From the human T2T-CHM13v2.0 reference genome, Homo sapiens: a DNA stretch of 64,000 nt. The stretch lies in the NCBI RefSeq assembly GCF_009914755.1, contig NC_060935.1; one strand, 5' to 3'. Under the pieces are notes generated by a model. The model did no database searches. It was not told where the DNA came from and was given only the letters and a program-made list of their open reading frames with translations. Positions 15,770 to 30,895 of this stretch are shown one piece after another; the stretch's first letter is position 1, and each line of letters begins with the position of its first letter. Position numbers and translations under genes: made by a program.

Positions 15770-17152
15770 TTATACTTCTGATAAACATGTGTTAAGAGGA
15801 ATGTAATCACTAACTGCTGTGAAGATTTTGTTGGTGTCTATTTTCCCTAATTATCTTATGCCACTGAACTATAACCTGTGAAATGATAACTCATTTTACA
15901 TATTGAATTACTACCGCAAAACTTATTATCCTGGAACCCTGAATACTATTATTTCTTAATATTGATAGCCATGATGAATAAGGACAGCAATTTATCTACA
16001 ACACAACTTTTAAAAAATTAATCAGGTTGAATTTGTGGGAAATTTTTAATAAACCATACTTTGAAAACCATGCTATTGCTGACTAACAACTGGTTCCTAC
16101 AGAACACTGAGGCTTCATTCCAGCCTCCTCCTACCATCCAAAGTGAAACCTTATACCTCTTTGTTTGGCTCTAATGAAAATTCTCACTTTCTATCCTGTA
16201 GCAGAATTATTTCTGAAACTATCATAAGCTTTTCAACAGTCTCATTTTTTAACACATTTGTATTTCTGTTAATAGCTCCATGGTATTTTTCATTCAATTG
16301 AAAGAGTTTTAACTATTATGACATTAAAAAGAAAAGCAAGAAGGAAGAAAATTAACTAGCTTACATATGTCATACCTCACACTTAATCTTCGTAGAAATC
16401 ACACCATTCAGCACACCCATAAGCAGTGTATGAATTCTACTATTTTTGCCTTTTAAATAGTTATTTATCCAAGTAACAAATACTAAAAAGTTACACTGCA
16501 TGCTAAAATCCAACCTCAAATTTGGCTTAAATCAAGAAAATATCTAAGAATTTAAATCAGCAAGTTGCAATTTCTCAGATACTGGTTAAGAGAATTCTAA
16601 AACAATAGACAAGAAAGTAAACGGATCCTATCTTGATGAGGCACCACTAAGTAACTCCAAAGGTGCTGATGATGAGGTAATGAAGTTGGCAAAAATGCCA
16701 TTACTTTTATCTAGTTTACAGACTCTCCTTTTTCTCAAGCATCTCTTCTCTCTTTCAATGAAATACGATGTGCTCCAAAAACCTAGGCTATGAAATACGA
16801 TTCTAACTAAATGAGTCATTTCCATCACCCTACATCACAGAACCTTAGAACAGCCTAAGTAGAAATTGTGCCTCTGACTATAAAAAACATATGGTAGAAA
16901 ACAGTAAACTTCTAAAAATAAGCAGTCTATATAAATATATGAAAATGTATTTAGGAAAACAGAAAATGACATCTAAGTTGCTTAAGCTCAATGTTTAAGT
17001 GCAACTAAATTTTAACATGACATATTTGACAGAAATCTGTCTAATGATCATACTGAAACACATCAACAATATATGAATTACATATATTTATAACCACATT
17101 TATCAAAGAAATAAAGCAGAAAATACTGAAGGTTAAAAACAACAAAGTACCA

Positions 17153-17483
<331 letters not shown>

Positions 17484-20400
17484 TTATGTGCTTCAGCCTT
17501 GTATTGTCACCACTACAGAAAAAGTAAATAATAATATCAACTATTATAATTACAATAATTCAAATATAATTTAAATATCAATTATTAAAAGTAGTAATAT
17601 CAATTTATAGTTTTAGACCAATTCTAAATTAACTTTAACTTTACATCTACAGTATACTTGTATCGTCTTTAACACCTTTACCATCACTTACACTAATTGG
17701 TTTATTTCCAATTTTACAGCTTTACTCTCAACTGTAGTCGTGTCTAATTTTGATTAGCAATAGAAGAACACAACAAACTCCTACTCTCGAAAACTGGGTA
17801 AGAGGCAAGAACGGTTAGCTAATTAATAGATGGTACTTGTGCTAACTGTACTGTTTTCAGGACAATGGGTATGCTAATAATACACTGTTTTCACTTAACA
17901 GTTTATCTGGCAACTTCGGTCCTTGAGAGCGGATTCCAACTCATTAAAGATATTTACTGAACTGGGCAAAATATTGATCACCATTAAGAATTAGCTCTTC
18001 TTCTTAACTAAACACACACAAAAGAGTAAAACAGTCCAGTAAAGCATCAATAGAAGCAAGCGATTAGATATAAAGGGCAGCAGAAGAGGTCTTCCAAATT
18101 CATCTGAGTAGGAGGGGCAAGGTTCAAGTGTATCTGGATTTGCATACAATTTTGCTACGTGAATTTGCATTAAAGCAAGAATATACTGCCATAAAGTACT
18201 ACGACTGATGCCAGCATGCAAAGAGGTAAATGACTATTAACCGTAAAAGAACCACAGTCTCGGGGAGGCTACCTCCTTGTTCCAATGGAGCTTGCTGCTG
18301 TGGTTCACAACATGAAAGCCTTTGTAAACGCTAATCCCTCTACTCAGCATGGGCTAGCTCCTTTCTGGACTAAACATTAAACTCACTAGGGAATCCCCAC
18401 CTAGAGAAGCTCCCTGAATCTTGCATATGCATCTTAGTAGTTATTCTGGCTTGAAAATAGAGGAAGAATGAACTGGAATCAGTTAGGTTTTGGCCAAACA
18501 GAACAATAAGGAGGCTGCAGCAACAACTGGAGAGAGAATATCTTTCACAACTAGGGTAGCAGCACTGGAGATGGAGAGAGGCAGACAAATTTGAGTGGTT
18601 TAAAAGGTATAAAAGTATAACTCTACAGATCAAATAAGCTGAGATATGTTTTGGGGGAAGGAACTGCCAGATAAAGATCCATTAAGAGTCTCTTCCCTAC
18701 TCTATTCACTATCTTGCTTTGCTTCTTAAACAGGCACTTAGTGATATTTAAGTAGACAAATTATGTCTGTGAATAAGGACATATTTTGTGTTACCAAATA
18801 TGGTCATAATGTATGGCTAGGTAGGTACACACTCTCACTATTTTTCAATCCTAGCAAAAAGAGTGATAGATAGGAAACATAATACATAAAGAACATGTAG
18901 CACATGTTTATTTTAGATGCTCTTGTTTCCACAAGCACTCATAAACAGAGCCACAATATTTTCAGAAAGAATACGCTTTGCATGGAGTGCAAAAGTCTAA
19001 ATCTAACTAGTTTATACACTATTAACTAAATTACATGTTGAGGAAAAGTAGCCCACAATATGTGAAAATCTGATACTAACACATTGTACTAAGAACCTTA
19101 TACTTAATTGGAATAGAAAGCCTGAATCCTCATAGGGCAATCAAAAATTACTTATTATTATTAGTATGCAAATTCAAGTAGTACAAGTACAATATGTTTA
19201 TAAACCTGAGGTATCCAACTCTGGTTGGAAAGTTCTGTGGTAACAGGAATCATATCTATTTTAATTATCTTTATATTCTAGTGCTTACAAAGTGTTTGAA
19301 AATTAATATGCACTCCATAAAGGTCTGTTCAACAAATGCTGTCACTGAGATCACTGGGTCACCATATGTACCTGATCCACTAACAGAGGAAAATTTCTGC
19401 CCATAATACAGTTATATAAATACACTGTGACCGATATCATAGAAAAGTCGGGTTGGTTAGTTATTCTAACTGAAATAGGATATAATTATGTGGTGTTAAC
19501 TGTTCAAGTTTAATTCCATTAAAATTACATTATAAATGAAATGGTGCATCTTTATTTGTAATTAGAAGTAAATAAGTGTGATCATAGCTTTAGATGCCTA
19601 ACTCACATTCAGTTCAAATATTTGACAAGCATGACCCCTACGCCCTTGTAACTCACCATTTATTAATTGAAAGGGGGGGAAATATTTATACAGCCCATGT
19701 GCACATAGATCTGTGATCATTAGTAACCTATTTTTAAAAGTAGAAAAAAGGTTCCCCAAAGTTAGTATAGGGATCATATATTTTCAATTTCCTAAGATAG
19801 TCCCAATTTTAAAGAATGTATCATATTTGATGACATGTCATATGGGAATCTGGAATACAGTCACTGCATCCCAAAGGCTCACTGCTTCCCTTCCTCCTTC
19901 CCATTCTCCACCCCACAAAGAAAATAAGTAAACATGATTTTAAAATGGTCACTTTTGAAGATAAATAGTAACTATTTTACATAAAAACCTTAGCATTTCC
20001 TCCAACAGAAGCAATGTGAAATGGAAGGGGAAAGAAGGCAGGGCACTGAGAACAAACTTCTTTAAACTGTCAATATCAAGTTGGTACTAACAAAGATCAT
20101 TGCCTTTAAATGTCACACACAGATAATTAATTCTTCCAAATAGATTCAGTCTTATTTTTATTTCACTATTCCTGTTTCACCTTTTTAAGCAAACTAATTT
20201 CCAAACATGGCATCTACGGAGCTGGTCATAATGATAAAGGAAACAACTGGTTACTTACAAATGAGAAAATTAAGTATCAGCACACTGAAATGCACACATT
20301 TGAACTAGATATTTTACTACTGAACACTGCAGTGATTTATGCTAAAAATGAGCAATGATTTTAAATGTGATGTATTGTGTGTACACCAATAAATTATTTT

Positions 20401-20559
20401 CTGTTCACTCAATAAATCTGAAAATCCATTAAGAGGCTAGAAGTCTAGCTAGGTTCTCTTGATGGCTAACTGGATTAATGCCAGTATTTCAGTCAGCTGG
20501 TTGAGGGATGCTGTATGGTCAAAGTTAGAAGACATACAAAATAAATATTAACTCCACCT

Positions 20560-21830
20560 AACCAGTTGACAATCCTCAGTGTTAGCTAAGGCCATCTTAA
20601 GGAAGAATAAAGCTGGATACATTAAAACTAACAGGTAACCAAACGTGTCATAAAGTTATAATAATTGGAACAGCACAGTATTTGCTGAAGGGTAGGAAAA
20701 ATAACAGAAGAGAATAAACAAAGTCGAGTAACGACCCACACGTATGTGGTTTACCTGATTTACAACAAAGCTGACACTGCAATGCAATTGAAAAGGATCA
20801 TCTTTTTAATAAATGGTGCTGACTCTACTAAATCTCATGTGAAAATAAGGTACTGTGACCCCCAACTCACATCCTACACAAAAAGCATTACAGAAAAAAT
20901 GCAGATCTAAACACAAAAGATAAAACCATAAAGCTTTTACAGAAGAAAATAAAACAGATCATCTCTCAGACATTAGAGTAGGCAAAAATCTTTTTTAACT
21001 GTATCCAAAAAGCACTAACCATAAAGAAAAACATGATACACTGGACTATATTAAGACCTAGGCCTCAAAAGACACTTAAAGAAACAAAGATGTAACCCAG
21101 ACAGCAGGAAAAGATACTCACAATACAAGTATCTGACAAAAAACTAGTAGTCAGAATATAAAAAAGACTCTCACAAACAAGACAAATGACCCAACAGAAA
21201 AATGGGCAAAAGGCATAAACAGGCACTTCACAAAAGATACACCCACCAGAAGGACTACGTTAAAAACAATGACATCAAGTGCTGATGAGAATGCAGAGGA
21301 GCTTAAACTCTCATTTGTTACTGATACCCTATGATCCAGGGATTCTACTCCAAAGTATACATTCAACAGAATGCTTACGTATGTTTACCAAAAGATATGT
21401 TGTAGGATGTTCTCAGGAGTAATATTCGTAAGTCAAAACTGAAAACAATCCAAATGCCCACCAACAGTAGATAAGTTGAGATGCAGTCACATAATGGAAT
21501 GCTATACAGCAATGAGAATGTATATAATTACATATAATAATATGGATAAATTTTATAGACAATGCTGAGCAAAAGACACCAGAGACAAAAGAATATGTTC
21601 TGCGCAATTCCAGCATATAAAATAAGACAGGCAAAAACAAATCCATGCTGTTAGAAGCCTGCATGCTGACAACCCACAAGGACAATCAAGCTTCACTTCT
21701 TGATCAGATGCTAGTCACATATATGTTCAGGCTGTGAGAAGTCATAGAGTTGAATATGTATGTTCTATGCACGTACTCAACATGTGTATGATACATGAAA
21801 AAGTTTAAAATTTTTAAAAAGGAAAAAAAA
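20560..21830 (+). mobile_element. Ancient L1M (L1ME-like) 3' region
   Basis: Degenerate ORF2/3' UTR motifs (ttttaataaatggtgct, aaaaatgggcaaaaggcataaacaggcacttcacaaaag, atggaatgctatacagcaatg). Confidence 0.8.
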
Positions 21831-22242
21831 GACCGCAATTAATTCTGGTATGGAGGGAGATAAGGTCAGCAGTCAAATTCCTGTCCTTGACCAATCCAAA
21901 TGACCCTAATTGTGCTATAACTACATGGACATTCTCTCCAATCAGAGGGAGCTCTATGGTTTCAATATAGATTATGTAGCAAGATGAAGCCGGGGACTTA
22001 AACTGAGAGAGGATGAAATGACAGTGAGAAATGCTACAGGCTATTTTTGAAAGGCAAGAAACCCTCCAGAAGTAACCAACATCCATCCAATTGGATATCC
22101 AGCTGGTCCAATCAAGTCTAAAGGAAATAATTCCAAAAATCTCAGAGACTTCTGGATTTGAAGTCGGATAACATCCCTTGTTAAACTGTAAGAAGAATCC
22201 AAATCTCCTGAAAGAATATCATAACGGGCATGTAAATTATCA

Positions 22243-22710
22243 TATCAGTTAGGGATAATGTTTAGATGCATGTAAAAAGAAGTCCAAACTATAGTGGCTT
22301 AAGATAGGGCTTTATTTTCCTCACGAAATGTAAGTTCAGAGAGAAGCGCTTGCTGACATTGGTTTGGCAGTTCAAGAACATAAGGGCTAAGACTTCCGCG
22401 AATCTCTTAGCCTTTCCCTAAAAGTCTCTAGAATACTGCTACAGCTTGTCATCATGTCTAATTTCTAGGCAGGAGGAAAGAGAAATGGCTAAAAGGGCTT
22501 TCCCAAAAGCTTCGTCTAGAAATTTCTGCATACATCTCACTGACCAGGACTAGATCACATGGCTACCTCAGTAGGAAGGGAAGCTAAGACATTGATAGTT
22601 TTTAAGCTAGGCACAAAAAGCTTTGTGTTTTGCTTCTAACAAAATTTAAATTCTATTAGAAAGGAAAAGGGAAGAAATGAACCTCAGACAAGTAGGAAAA
22701 ATCTGCTATA
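22243..22710 (-). mobile_element. Old MaLR LTR (MLT1J/K-like)
   Basis: tcagttaggg..agtggcttaa..tttattttcctcac; catctcactgaccaggactagatcacatggctacc. Confidence 0.55.
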
Positions 22711-22997
22711 CCATGGTGTGCACTTGATAATGTTTACCAATATTGAAATATTTTTTAAGTCTAGCAACTTACAAGTTTGTGACTTATGGCACTAGAAGCA
22801 ATTCTCTGTGGTACAAGTCTGGGAACTATTTTTCTAAAGCATCTTTCATATTATTTACCACAGGAGGAAAATGTAGAAAAGTTCAGGTACTATAAAAGGC
22901 AGGGCACAGTCACCATTTCTTCAGTTAGTAGCTATAGAGCAATGTCAAGACTGTTTTCATTTCAGATCTCAATTTTAGTATTTAAAAAAACAACTAC

Positions 22998-23125
22998 AGC
23001 CAGGCATGATGATGCATGCCTATAACCCCAGCTACTCAAAAGGCTAAAGCAGAAGGATCACTTGAGCTCAGGAGTTCAAGTCCAGACTGGGCAACATAAC
23101 AAAACTTTGTTGCTTAAAAATAAAT
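22998..23125 (+). mobile_element. Alu monomer (FLAM-like)
   Basis: Single-arm Alu sequence with A-rich end. Confidence 0.8.
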
Positions 23126-26100
23126 AATTCATTAATTTTTAAAATTACAGAAAACATTGAATAAGTTTTCTAAATACTCAGTTCTTAGAAGCAGTAAGTT
23201 AATAATTAACCAAAAAAAAAAAAAAAACAGAACTTCTTAAATCCTAAACAGAGTACTTACTTCCTGACAAATTTTTTTCAGAATGAACAATGAAATCTCA
23301 GTCTACCCCTTCTGACCCAAAGCATTATTTGCTATTCATCCAAATTAACTTAACACTGGCCATTTCATAAAATCAAGTAATGTGGCATTTATCTGATGAT
23401 ATATAGTCATCAGAATGTAAACTTTTACTCTTAGAATAGGTGTGAAAAATGCTATTATTTACCTAATATTTTCCATATTCTTCAGTCTTCTTTATCTTTT
23501 CCCTTCATAAAACATGTCAATAAAATGAACAGTTCAAAAAAGTCTTATTTTTGTCTAAAATAGCAATGTAATACATTTCATGTTAAGATTTCTTTAAAGG
23601 GAATATTCAATTCACTAATGTTATATGGCAATTTTATAGCACTTTGTCAAATATATGTTCTATGCTGTGCTATGGTTTGTTTTTTCTCTATTAAACAACT
23701 ATCATATTAAAATCTAAACCAAATTCAACCATCAGAGGAGAGAATTTAATCAAAATAAACCAAAACTAAAACTGAGTAAAAGATACATTGATCAACCCCA
23801 GGTGGTTGAGTTTAACTTTCTGAATCTGTGAGCCATTTAAAGATTGTCTCCTCCATCAGGTAAGGCGATCTGATGGCTGCAGACCCCGGTGTTCTGATTC
23901 CTTCTCGTTTCCTTTAGACTGGGATCTGAAAGGCAGCCTGCTATCTGCAGCAGTATGTGCCTGCCACGTCCCTCTTTTTAACTTCTTCCAGCTCCGAGCT
24001 CCCACTCTATCCACCATTTTCCCTACAGCCAAACTTTCTCCTTCACAGTCACAGTCCCCTTCACCCCAAATCTCTGCCTCCACTAAGGAACTAGCCTCCC
24101 AGATAACCCACTCCTGGAGGCCCTAGTTGTCTTAGGCATTTAAGACAGATGCACAAAAAGAGCTTAAAGAACTTCTGCCAGTAAATTATTGTATTTCTTA
24201 AGAGTAGCTGATAAATCGAGACTCAAAGCTAAACTTCCTAAATAATTTTTCACAGGACTATGATGAACAAATTCTCCAACTATCAACCAGTTAAGATTTT
24301 ATTTTAAATTTTTGATAAATCAGTATTTTAACACATACTGGAAAGTTAATAGTCAACCACTTTTCTTATTATAACTACTGTACTAATTTTTCCCATCTTA
24401 CCCCTATCAGGTACCAAGACAATACAGCTAATGAAATCATAAACTCAATCCCAGTGACTCCAGTTAAGCAATATGATGACAGATTTCTGCACTCTATCAT
24501 AACCTATGAGCTAAATTATGGTGCTAGCCACTAGTCATAAAGAGAACTACCTAAAAGTATATGAAATAATACGCACAAATGCATTACTGATGGGAAAAAG
24601 GAACCACTTCAAAACACATGCACTATGTAATGGCAAATTGGTACATTAACTTCAAATATAAACATCTTCATAATTTATTAATCATGTGTAAGACAGGATA
24701 TGCAACAATATAAACTAGAACCAGCTTTTTCTCCAAAATGGAAAGATTAGTATTGAATACTCAGCTCTTTCTAAAGACAACAAAACTGAAATAAAGTCGT
24801 GTTTGGGCCCAGTTTGAACACTGGCTAGGGCAAATAAGAGAACTATATACAATGGCTGCAAAAGAGATACTGTTATTTATGATATTTTCATACTGAGAGA
24901 TGTTACTAGTTTTTTGTTAAGCACTTTGGAAGAAAAAAAAGAGTACTGCAAATGCCATTATTCCTCTCTCACACACACACAAAAAAATACTTTTCCTGTA
25001 CATTTATTACTTCACTCATTCATTTGACAAATACAGGTTTCACTCTCAGAATAATGCCCAACATTTAAGCAATGTAAAAAAAAAAAAAAATAAGCTAAGG
25101 AATTAGTGTGACCCAGATATAGAAGCATTTTCCAACCATAGAACTGGAAGATAGCTTTTAATAAGAACATAATAAGAACTGCAGAGGAAGAAACCACAAG
25201 CACCTACCAGCCTTGTCAATGCATAAAATGGCAGTAATTAACGTTGCCATTTTTGTAAGTGGAGACAGTATTTTTAATGACTATCACTTTGGGATATGAA
25301 TATCTAATTAGATTTTGCTATGCAGACATGAGATTCTTCTGAGACCAGTAAGAATTTCTTCCAATTAAGCTTTTTGTTTGTTTTGTTTTTTGTTTTTTTG
25401 TTTTTCTGGAGTAGGGTCATTCAACAATTCTGTAGAAAACAAGGAGAAAGCATATCCCAAGTCTACTGGCAGCTTTTCCCATTCTCAAACAATCCCTTGT
25501 TCAGATGCACAGCCACAGAAGTTCAAAGGTCACTGGCATCTTTGTGCTCAGTTCCATGGTAGTTACAAACAAACTTTTGTCTCCATTCCTTCAATGAAAT
25601 GGGCTGCAACAACTCACTGATTGAACTTTTACATCTGAGACCGGCATGAGCATTACACAACTGAAGAGCCATAGTATTTCATTTACACTTCAACCATAAA
25701 TTATTAAACCTCCTTTGTGAAATAAAACAATTTGTTTACGTGGGCATAAAAAACTGATAATTCTAGTCAAACACAAATAACATCACTGGCGGCAATGGTC
25801 TTATGATTTCTTATCATAATTATCATACCTCTGATAACATTGTTTTGAAAGCTTTTGTTGACTGTTCTTCAGGGTTTTTCTCACCCTGTCTCTATCTTAA
25901 ATCATGAAAGATAAAAAGTGAATAAATTTATTACGGGCTTTCATACAGAGTTATAAACTAAAACTTCTTTCTTAAAATGTGATAATAAATATATTTAAAT
26001 AAGAAATCTCAGTTGTGACATTTATTTTCAAATAGAAAAAAGTCTTAAAAAATAAGCTCCTCATTCTGTAACTGCGAAACACCTTAGTATGATCATGTAA

Positions 26101-27892
26101 AATATAATATTGTCTTTATCTATATACTTTAATAACTCTTTAAACATAAAAATCAAACATTTAACTGTTTAAGCTGTCTACCTTAAAGCATCCGTTTTAA
26201 AAATAAATTCCTACTACTTTCTTGCGCTAAAGGCAACCTCCAAAATCTTAGCACAATAAAATATGTTACAGCTGAGCAATCAAAAAATAATTACTCCCAA
26301 AAATATTAGCCAATAATTAATCTAAAAAGGGTTACATAAGCATCTCTGAAATAACTTTTTTAGCAGCTAGGCTGCAAACTCCTACATGAACACAAACCAA
26401 CTGAATCATGATGCTGAAAGGATCAAACAACTTTGCCAGAACAAAGATAAGAAACAGTTTCCTCCAAACAGAAAACTTTCCATAACTATTTCTAAATAAG
26501 GCAAACACTTCTAGAAAGCTGAAAATACTACTTAAAATATCCTGAGCCACCACAGGGTGCTAAACGCCACACTCCTCAGAAAAAAAAATGGGTCCAATCT
26601 CCTATTTTTTTTTTAACTTTAATGAGCTTAGAGTGGAGAGAAACACAGCTGAAAGCAGCAAAAAGGAAATAAAAGATCACAGGAATTCAGAAATATTGTT
26701 GAAATTGGTATAAAGTGGCTCGGATTAGGTTAAATAAAAGAAAAATGGTCTAAAGGAAAAAAGGAAAAGTTATTCCAGATTTTTTCACATAAAATCAAGT
26801 AACTCAGAAATGTTTCCAAACCACTGGTGCCATTATAGATTCAGTTAAACAAGAATTTATTTTTTTCTGCTTTTACTAAAATCCATAATCCTGAAACACT
26901 AAGAATATCATAATATTTTACATACCACTAATCTGGGTAAGCCTAATCCAAAGGATTTCTAAAACTTTTCTCCTGTTTTAGACTTCCCCTCCTATCTTTC
27001 AAGAGGTCAGCCTAGATGGAATAGGTCCGGTTACATTAATTCAGTTGTCTATGTGTGCAAGCCTGGCCCCCATTTCGACTAGACAGAAATGCTAAAAGAA
27101 AGCCAGTAAAAACCAAGCATTTTTTGTTTCCACCTCTCTTCTGTGTTAAACAACTTGGTGCTGAGGAATTCACCAGAGTTTTCAGGAAATACTCTTAAGT
27201 AAATAAATGGATGAAAACTGCTTCTTATTGGGAGCAAACAGCTGAAAAGGCAATTTGTTCTGTTAATCAAAGGTAATTTTGACTTAAACATCTCAGTAAA
27301 TGATCCCTATATTAATGGTGCAACTGTTAAAAAAGGAAACCAAAACATATTAGAATCTTATTTGGCAATAAAATGCAATAGTATATAGAAATCCCTTTGT
27401 TGCTGTAACAAGAAAAAAATCTTCAAGTTCTGATGATTTTTACAGCTAAACTTAGAGATGTTTATGTTTAGCGATTACCATAACACCAAATGACACATGA
27501 AGGTGGAGTTTTATATACACAGGGAAATAATGTCTGCCTTTTAAAACACACAAATTAAGAGAAAATACGGAAACCTGACAAAATGTTCACGAACAATATT
27601 TACTTATGAAAGAATAAACCTGGCATGCCAGACTAATAAAATAGAATTAAAATAGATCTTGCAAACTTTTAATTTTTCCTCATGCGCCAAAAAAAAAGTC
27701 TGTATTATCTTCAAATCATTCTGTCTCTCATGTTTTTTTAATTCCTAACAATATAAATGGCATAAAGGAAGCCCCTAATTTTTATTCCCCACAAAACCAC
27801 TTCTAATAGGTAGTAAATATCTACTGAATTAATGTTGATATATTCATTTAACCCACCTTACAAATAAACAGCTTTAAATATAGCAAAAGCTA

Positions 27893-28203
27893 CTTTTTTT
27901 TTTTTTTGAGATGGAGCCCTTGTCTGTCGCTCAGACTATAGTGCAGTGGCGCAATCTTGGCTCACCGCAGCCTCCACCTTCTGGGTTCAAGCGATTCTTA
28001 TGTCTCAGCCTCCCTAGTAGCTGGGATTACAGGCATATGCCACCATACCTGGCTAATTTTTGTATTTTTTTTAGTAGACAGGGTTTCACCAGGGGGTTTC
28101 ACATGTCGGCCAAGCTGGTCTCAAACTCCTGACCTCCAGTGATCTGCCTGCCTTGGCCTCCCAAAGTGCTGGGATTACAGACACGGGCCACCAGGCCCAG
28201 CCC
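27893..28203 (-). mobile_element. AluS
   Basis: T-run followed by full dimer. Confidence 0.92.
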
Positions 28204-28449
28204 AAAACTACTATTTTAAAACCATTTCAAAGTCGTTTTATAAGGCCTGGCAGAACTACAAAAATCCTGGGAGAAGACTGCAACACACCAAAAAAAAACC
28301 TCACAACCCTAAAAACCTTCACTTTATTTTACTGTACCAAATATAAATTACTTCAAGGTTAACGAATTCTTTTTAAAAATATGTTAATATTGTCTATCAG
28401 TCACACCTCAATGTCAATCACCTCCTCTATAAAATTAGTATGAGTACTA

Positions 28450-29915
28450 GTATATATAGTCAAATGATTTTCTACAGGAGTGTGAAGACCATTTAACTGG
28501 GAAAGGACAGTCTTCAACAAACGGTTCTGAGAAACCTGGATATTCACACACAAAAAATGAAATTAGAGTCTTACCTTATACCATATACAAAAATTAACTC
28601 AAAGTGGATCAACGATCTAAACATAAGAGCTATGGAAGTCTTAGAAGAAAACATAGGAGGGAAATGTCATAACACTGGATTTGGCAATAATTTTTTGGAC
28701 ATGACACCAAAAGCACAGGCAATAGGAAAAATAAACTAGACAACATTAATATTAAAATGTTTGTATATCAAAGGACACTATCAACAGAATGAAAAGGCAA
28801 TCCACAGAATGGGAGAAAGTATTTGAAATTTTATACCTGTTAAAAGGACTGATATCTAAAATATGTAAAGAACTCCTACAACTCAACAACAAAAAAAACT
28901 ATTTTAAAATGAGCAAAGGCCTTGAACACACATTTCTTCAATGATGACATACAAGTGGCCAACAAGCATATGAAAAAATGCTCACCATCACTATCATTAG
29001 GGAAAGGCAAACCAAACCATGATAAGATATCACCTTACCCATTAAAATGGCTACTGGCAAAAAAAAAGGAGGAGGAGGAGAAGGAGGAAGAGGAGGAGAA
29101 GGAGGAGGAAAATGGGGAGCGGGGAGAGGGGGAGGGGAGAGGGAGGGGGAGGAGAAAGAAGGAAGAAGGAAGGAGGAGGAGGAAGAAAAGAAAGAGAAAA
29201 AGAAAGAGGAAAGAGGAAAGGAAAGGAAAGGAGAAAGAAAACAAGCGTGGCCAAGGATGTGAAGAAACTGGAACCTTTGAGCACTCTTGATGAGAATATA
29301 AAATGGTACAGCTGCAATGGAAAAAGGGTATGGCTGTTTCTCAGAAAGTGTAAAAATATAATTACCATGTGATCCAGCAATTCCACTTCTGGATGTATAC
29401 TCCAAAAAACTGAAAACAGGAACTCAAAGAGGTATTTGCATACTCATGTTCATAGCAGCACTATTCAAAATAGTCAAGAGGTGGAAGCAACTCAAGCATC
29501 CACTGACAATTAATGGATAAGCAATATGTGGTATGGACACACAATGGAATAGTATTCACCCTTAAAAAAGAAGGAAATCCTTCCGCATGCTACAACATAG
29601 ATGAACCTTGAGGACATTATGCTAAGTGAAATAAGCCAGTCACATAAAGACAAATATTGTACAGTATAATCCCATGTATATGGGGTATCTAAAGTAGCCA
29701 AAATCATGGAAACAGAAAGTAGAATGTGGTTACTGGGCCTGGGAGAAGGGGAAAATGGCAAGTTGTTTCACAGTCATAGAGTTTTAGTTTTGCAAGATGA
29801 AAACATTCTGGAGATCTATTGCACAATAATGTGAATATATTCACACTACTAAACTGCACACCTAAAAAATGGCTAAGATAGCGAATTTTATTTTATGTAT
29901 ATTTTACTGCAATAA
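28450..29915 (+). mobile_element. L1M (L1MA/MB-like) 3' region interrupted by a purine-rich simple repeat
   Basis: ORF2 remnants (YLIPYTKINSKWI.DLN; DMTPKAQA; ANKHMKKCS), 3' UTR ending gcaataaaaata. Confidence 0.85.
29059..29241. repeat. GA-rich low-complexity polypurine tract
   Basis: ~180 nt almost entirely A/G (GGA, GAA and GGGGA units). Confidence 0.95.
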
Positions 29916-30804
29916 AAATATCACTATAAGTAACTACCTCATGGGGGCACTTGTGATGATTAAATCAGATAATACATGTAAGGGGCTTAGAAGAGTTCGT
30001 AGCATGTCCATAACAATTAAACAGTTAGCAATAACAGTAGCTGTTGGTAATATTAATAGGACAGATGTTTATCATTTGGTGAAACAGAATCCTGAGTTAA
30101 GAAGGATTCTAAAAAGGCTCTCCTTGAAGCTCAAGCAAGAGAGTTGAATAGAACCATAGGAGACAGAGAACTTTTGATGGTTCTTGATAGTTTAGAATGA
30201 CACACTGAAACAAGTTTAAGGAGGTGGGCACGGTAATCTAGATCAAAGGGACATAAAATCAGGTCTGGGAAGGTACTGAAAAGAAATTGGGAAAACTGCT
30301 ATAATGAGGTTCTGATCATGCCTTGGAACTCAAAAACAGGTGAAAACACAAAGAACCTGTATGAGAATACTGAGCAACCATTCCTTCAAATCTGTGCTCT
30401 AATCAATCAACACAACTCTTCATAAGAGTAGGTGGGTTAGCAAGCCAGTACATGAAAGCCAGCTTAACTGCCCATGTCTCACAACCTTTTCCTATTGAAA
30501 GTTATCATAAAAATCAGCATGAAAACCTAAAAAGCCTAACCTTCACCATTCAGAAAGTCTCTAACATAAAATCCCTGATTCTCTAGAAACAACACAGAAT
30601 ACAAATGGATAAACATCTTGCTCTACACTCACTGTCAACCTGTTTCCAAACTGGGAGGGAAGTGGACAAATTAAGAATATAAACTATGGAGGCACAAGTA
30701 GTTCATGTCTCTCGTGCATTCTAGTACCTATCATCACGGTAAAGAGCTAAAACTGCAAACACAAACGCACTCAAAGTAAAACCTTGACTACTCAGAACTC
30801 TTAC

Positions 30805-30895
30805 AGCAGGGTTTCTCAACCTTGGCGCTACTGACATTCTTGACCAGATGGTAATTCTCTGTTGGGAGAGAAGAGAGAGAGGTTGTCCTGTGCAG
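30805..30895 (+). mobile_element. MER20-like hAT fragment
   Basis: cagggtttctcaaccttggcgctactgacatt..ttgtcctgtgca. Confidence 0.65.

Noticed and set aside
22060-22207. Possible minus-strand internal exon after a ttctttcag acceptor at 22208
   Set aside because: Only weak donors downstream and no convincing reading frame or homology; cannot be supported without RNA data.
28922-29405. Glu/Lys/Gly- or Ser/Phe/Pro-rich ORFs
   Set aside because: Artefacts of the polypurine simple repeat inside an L1.
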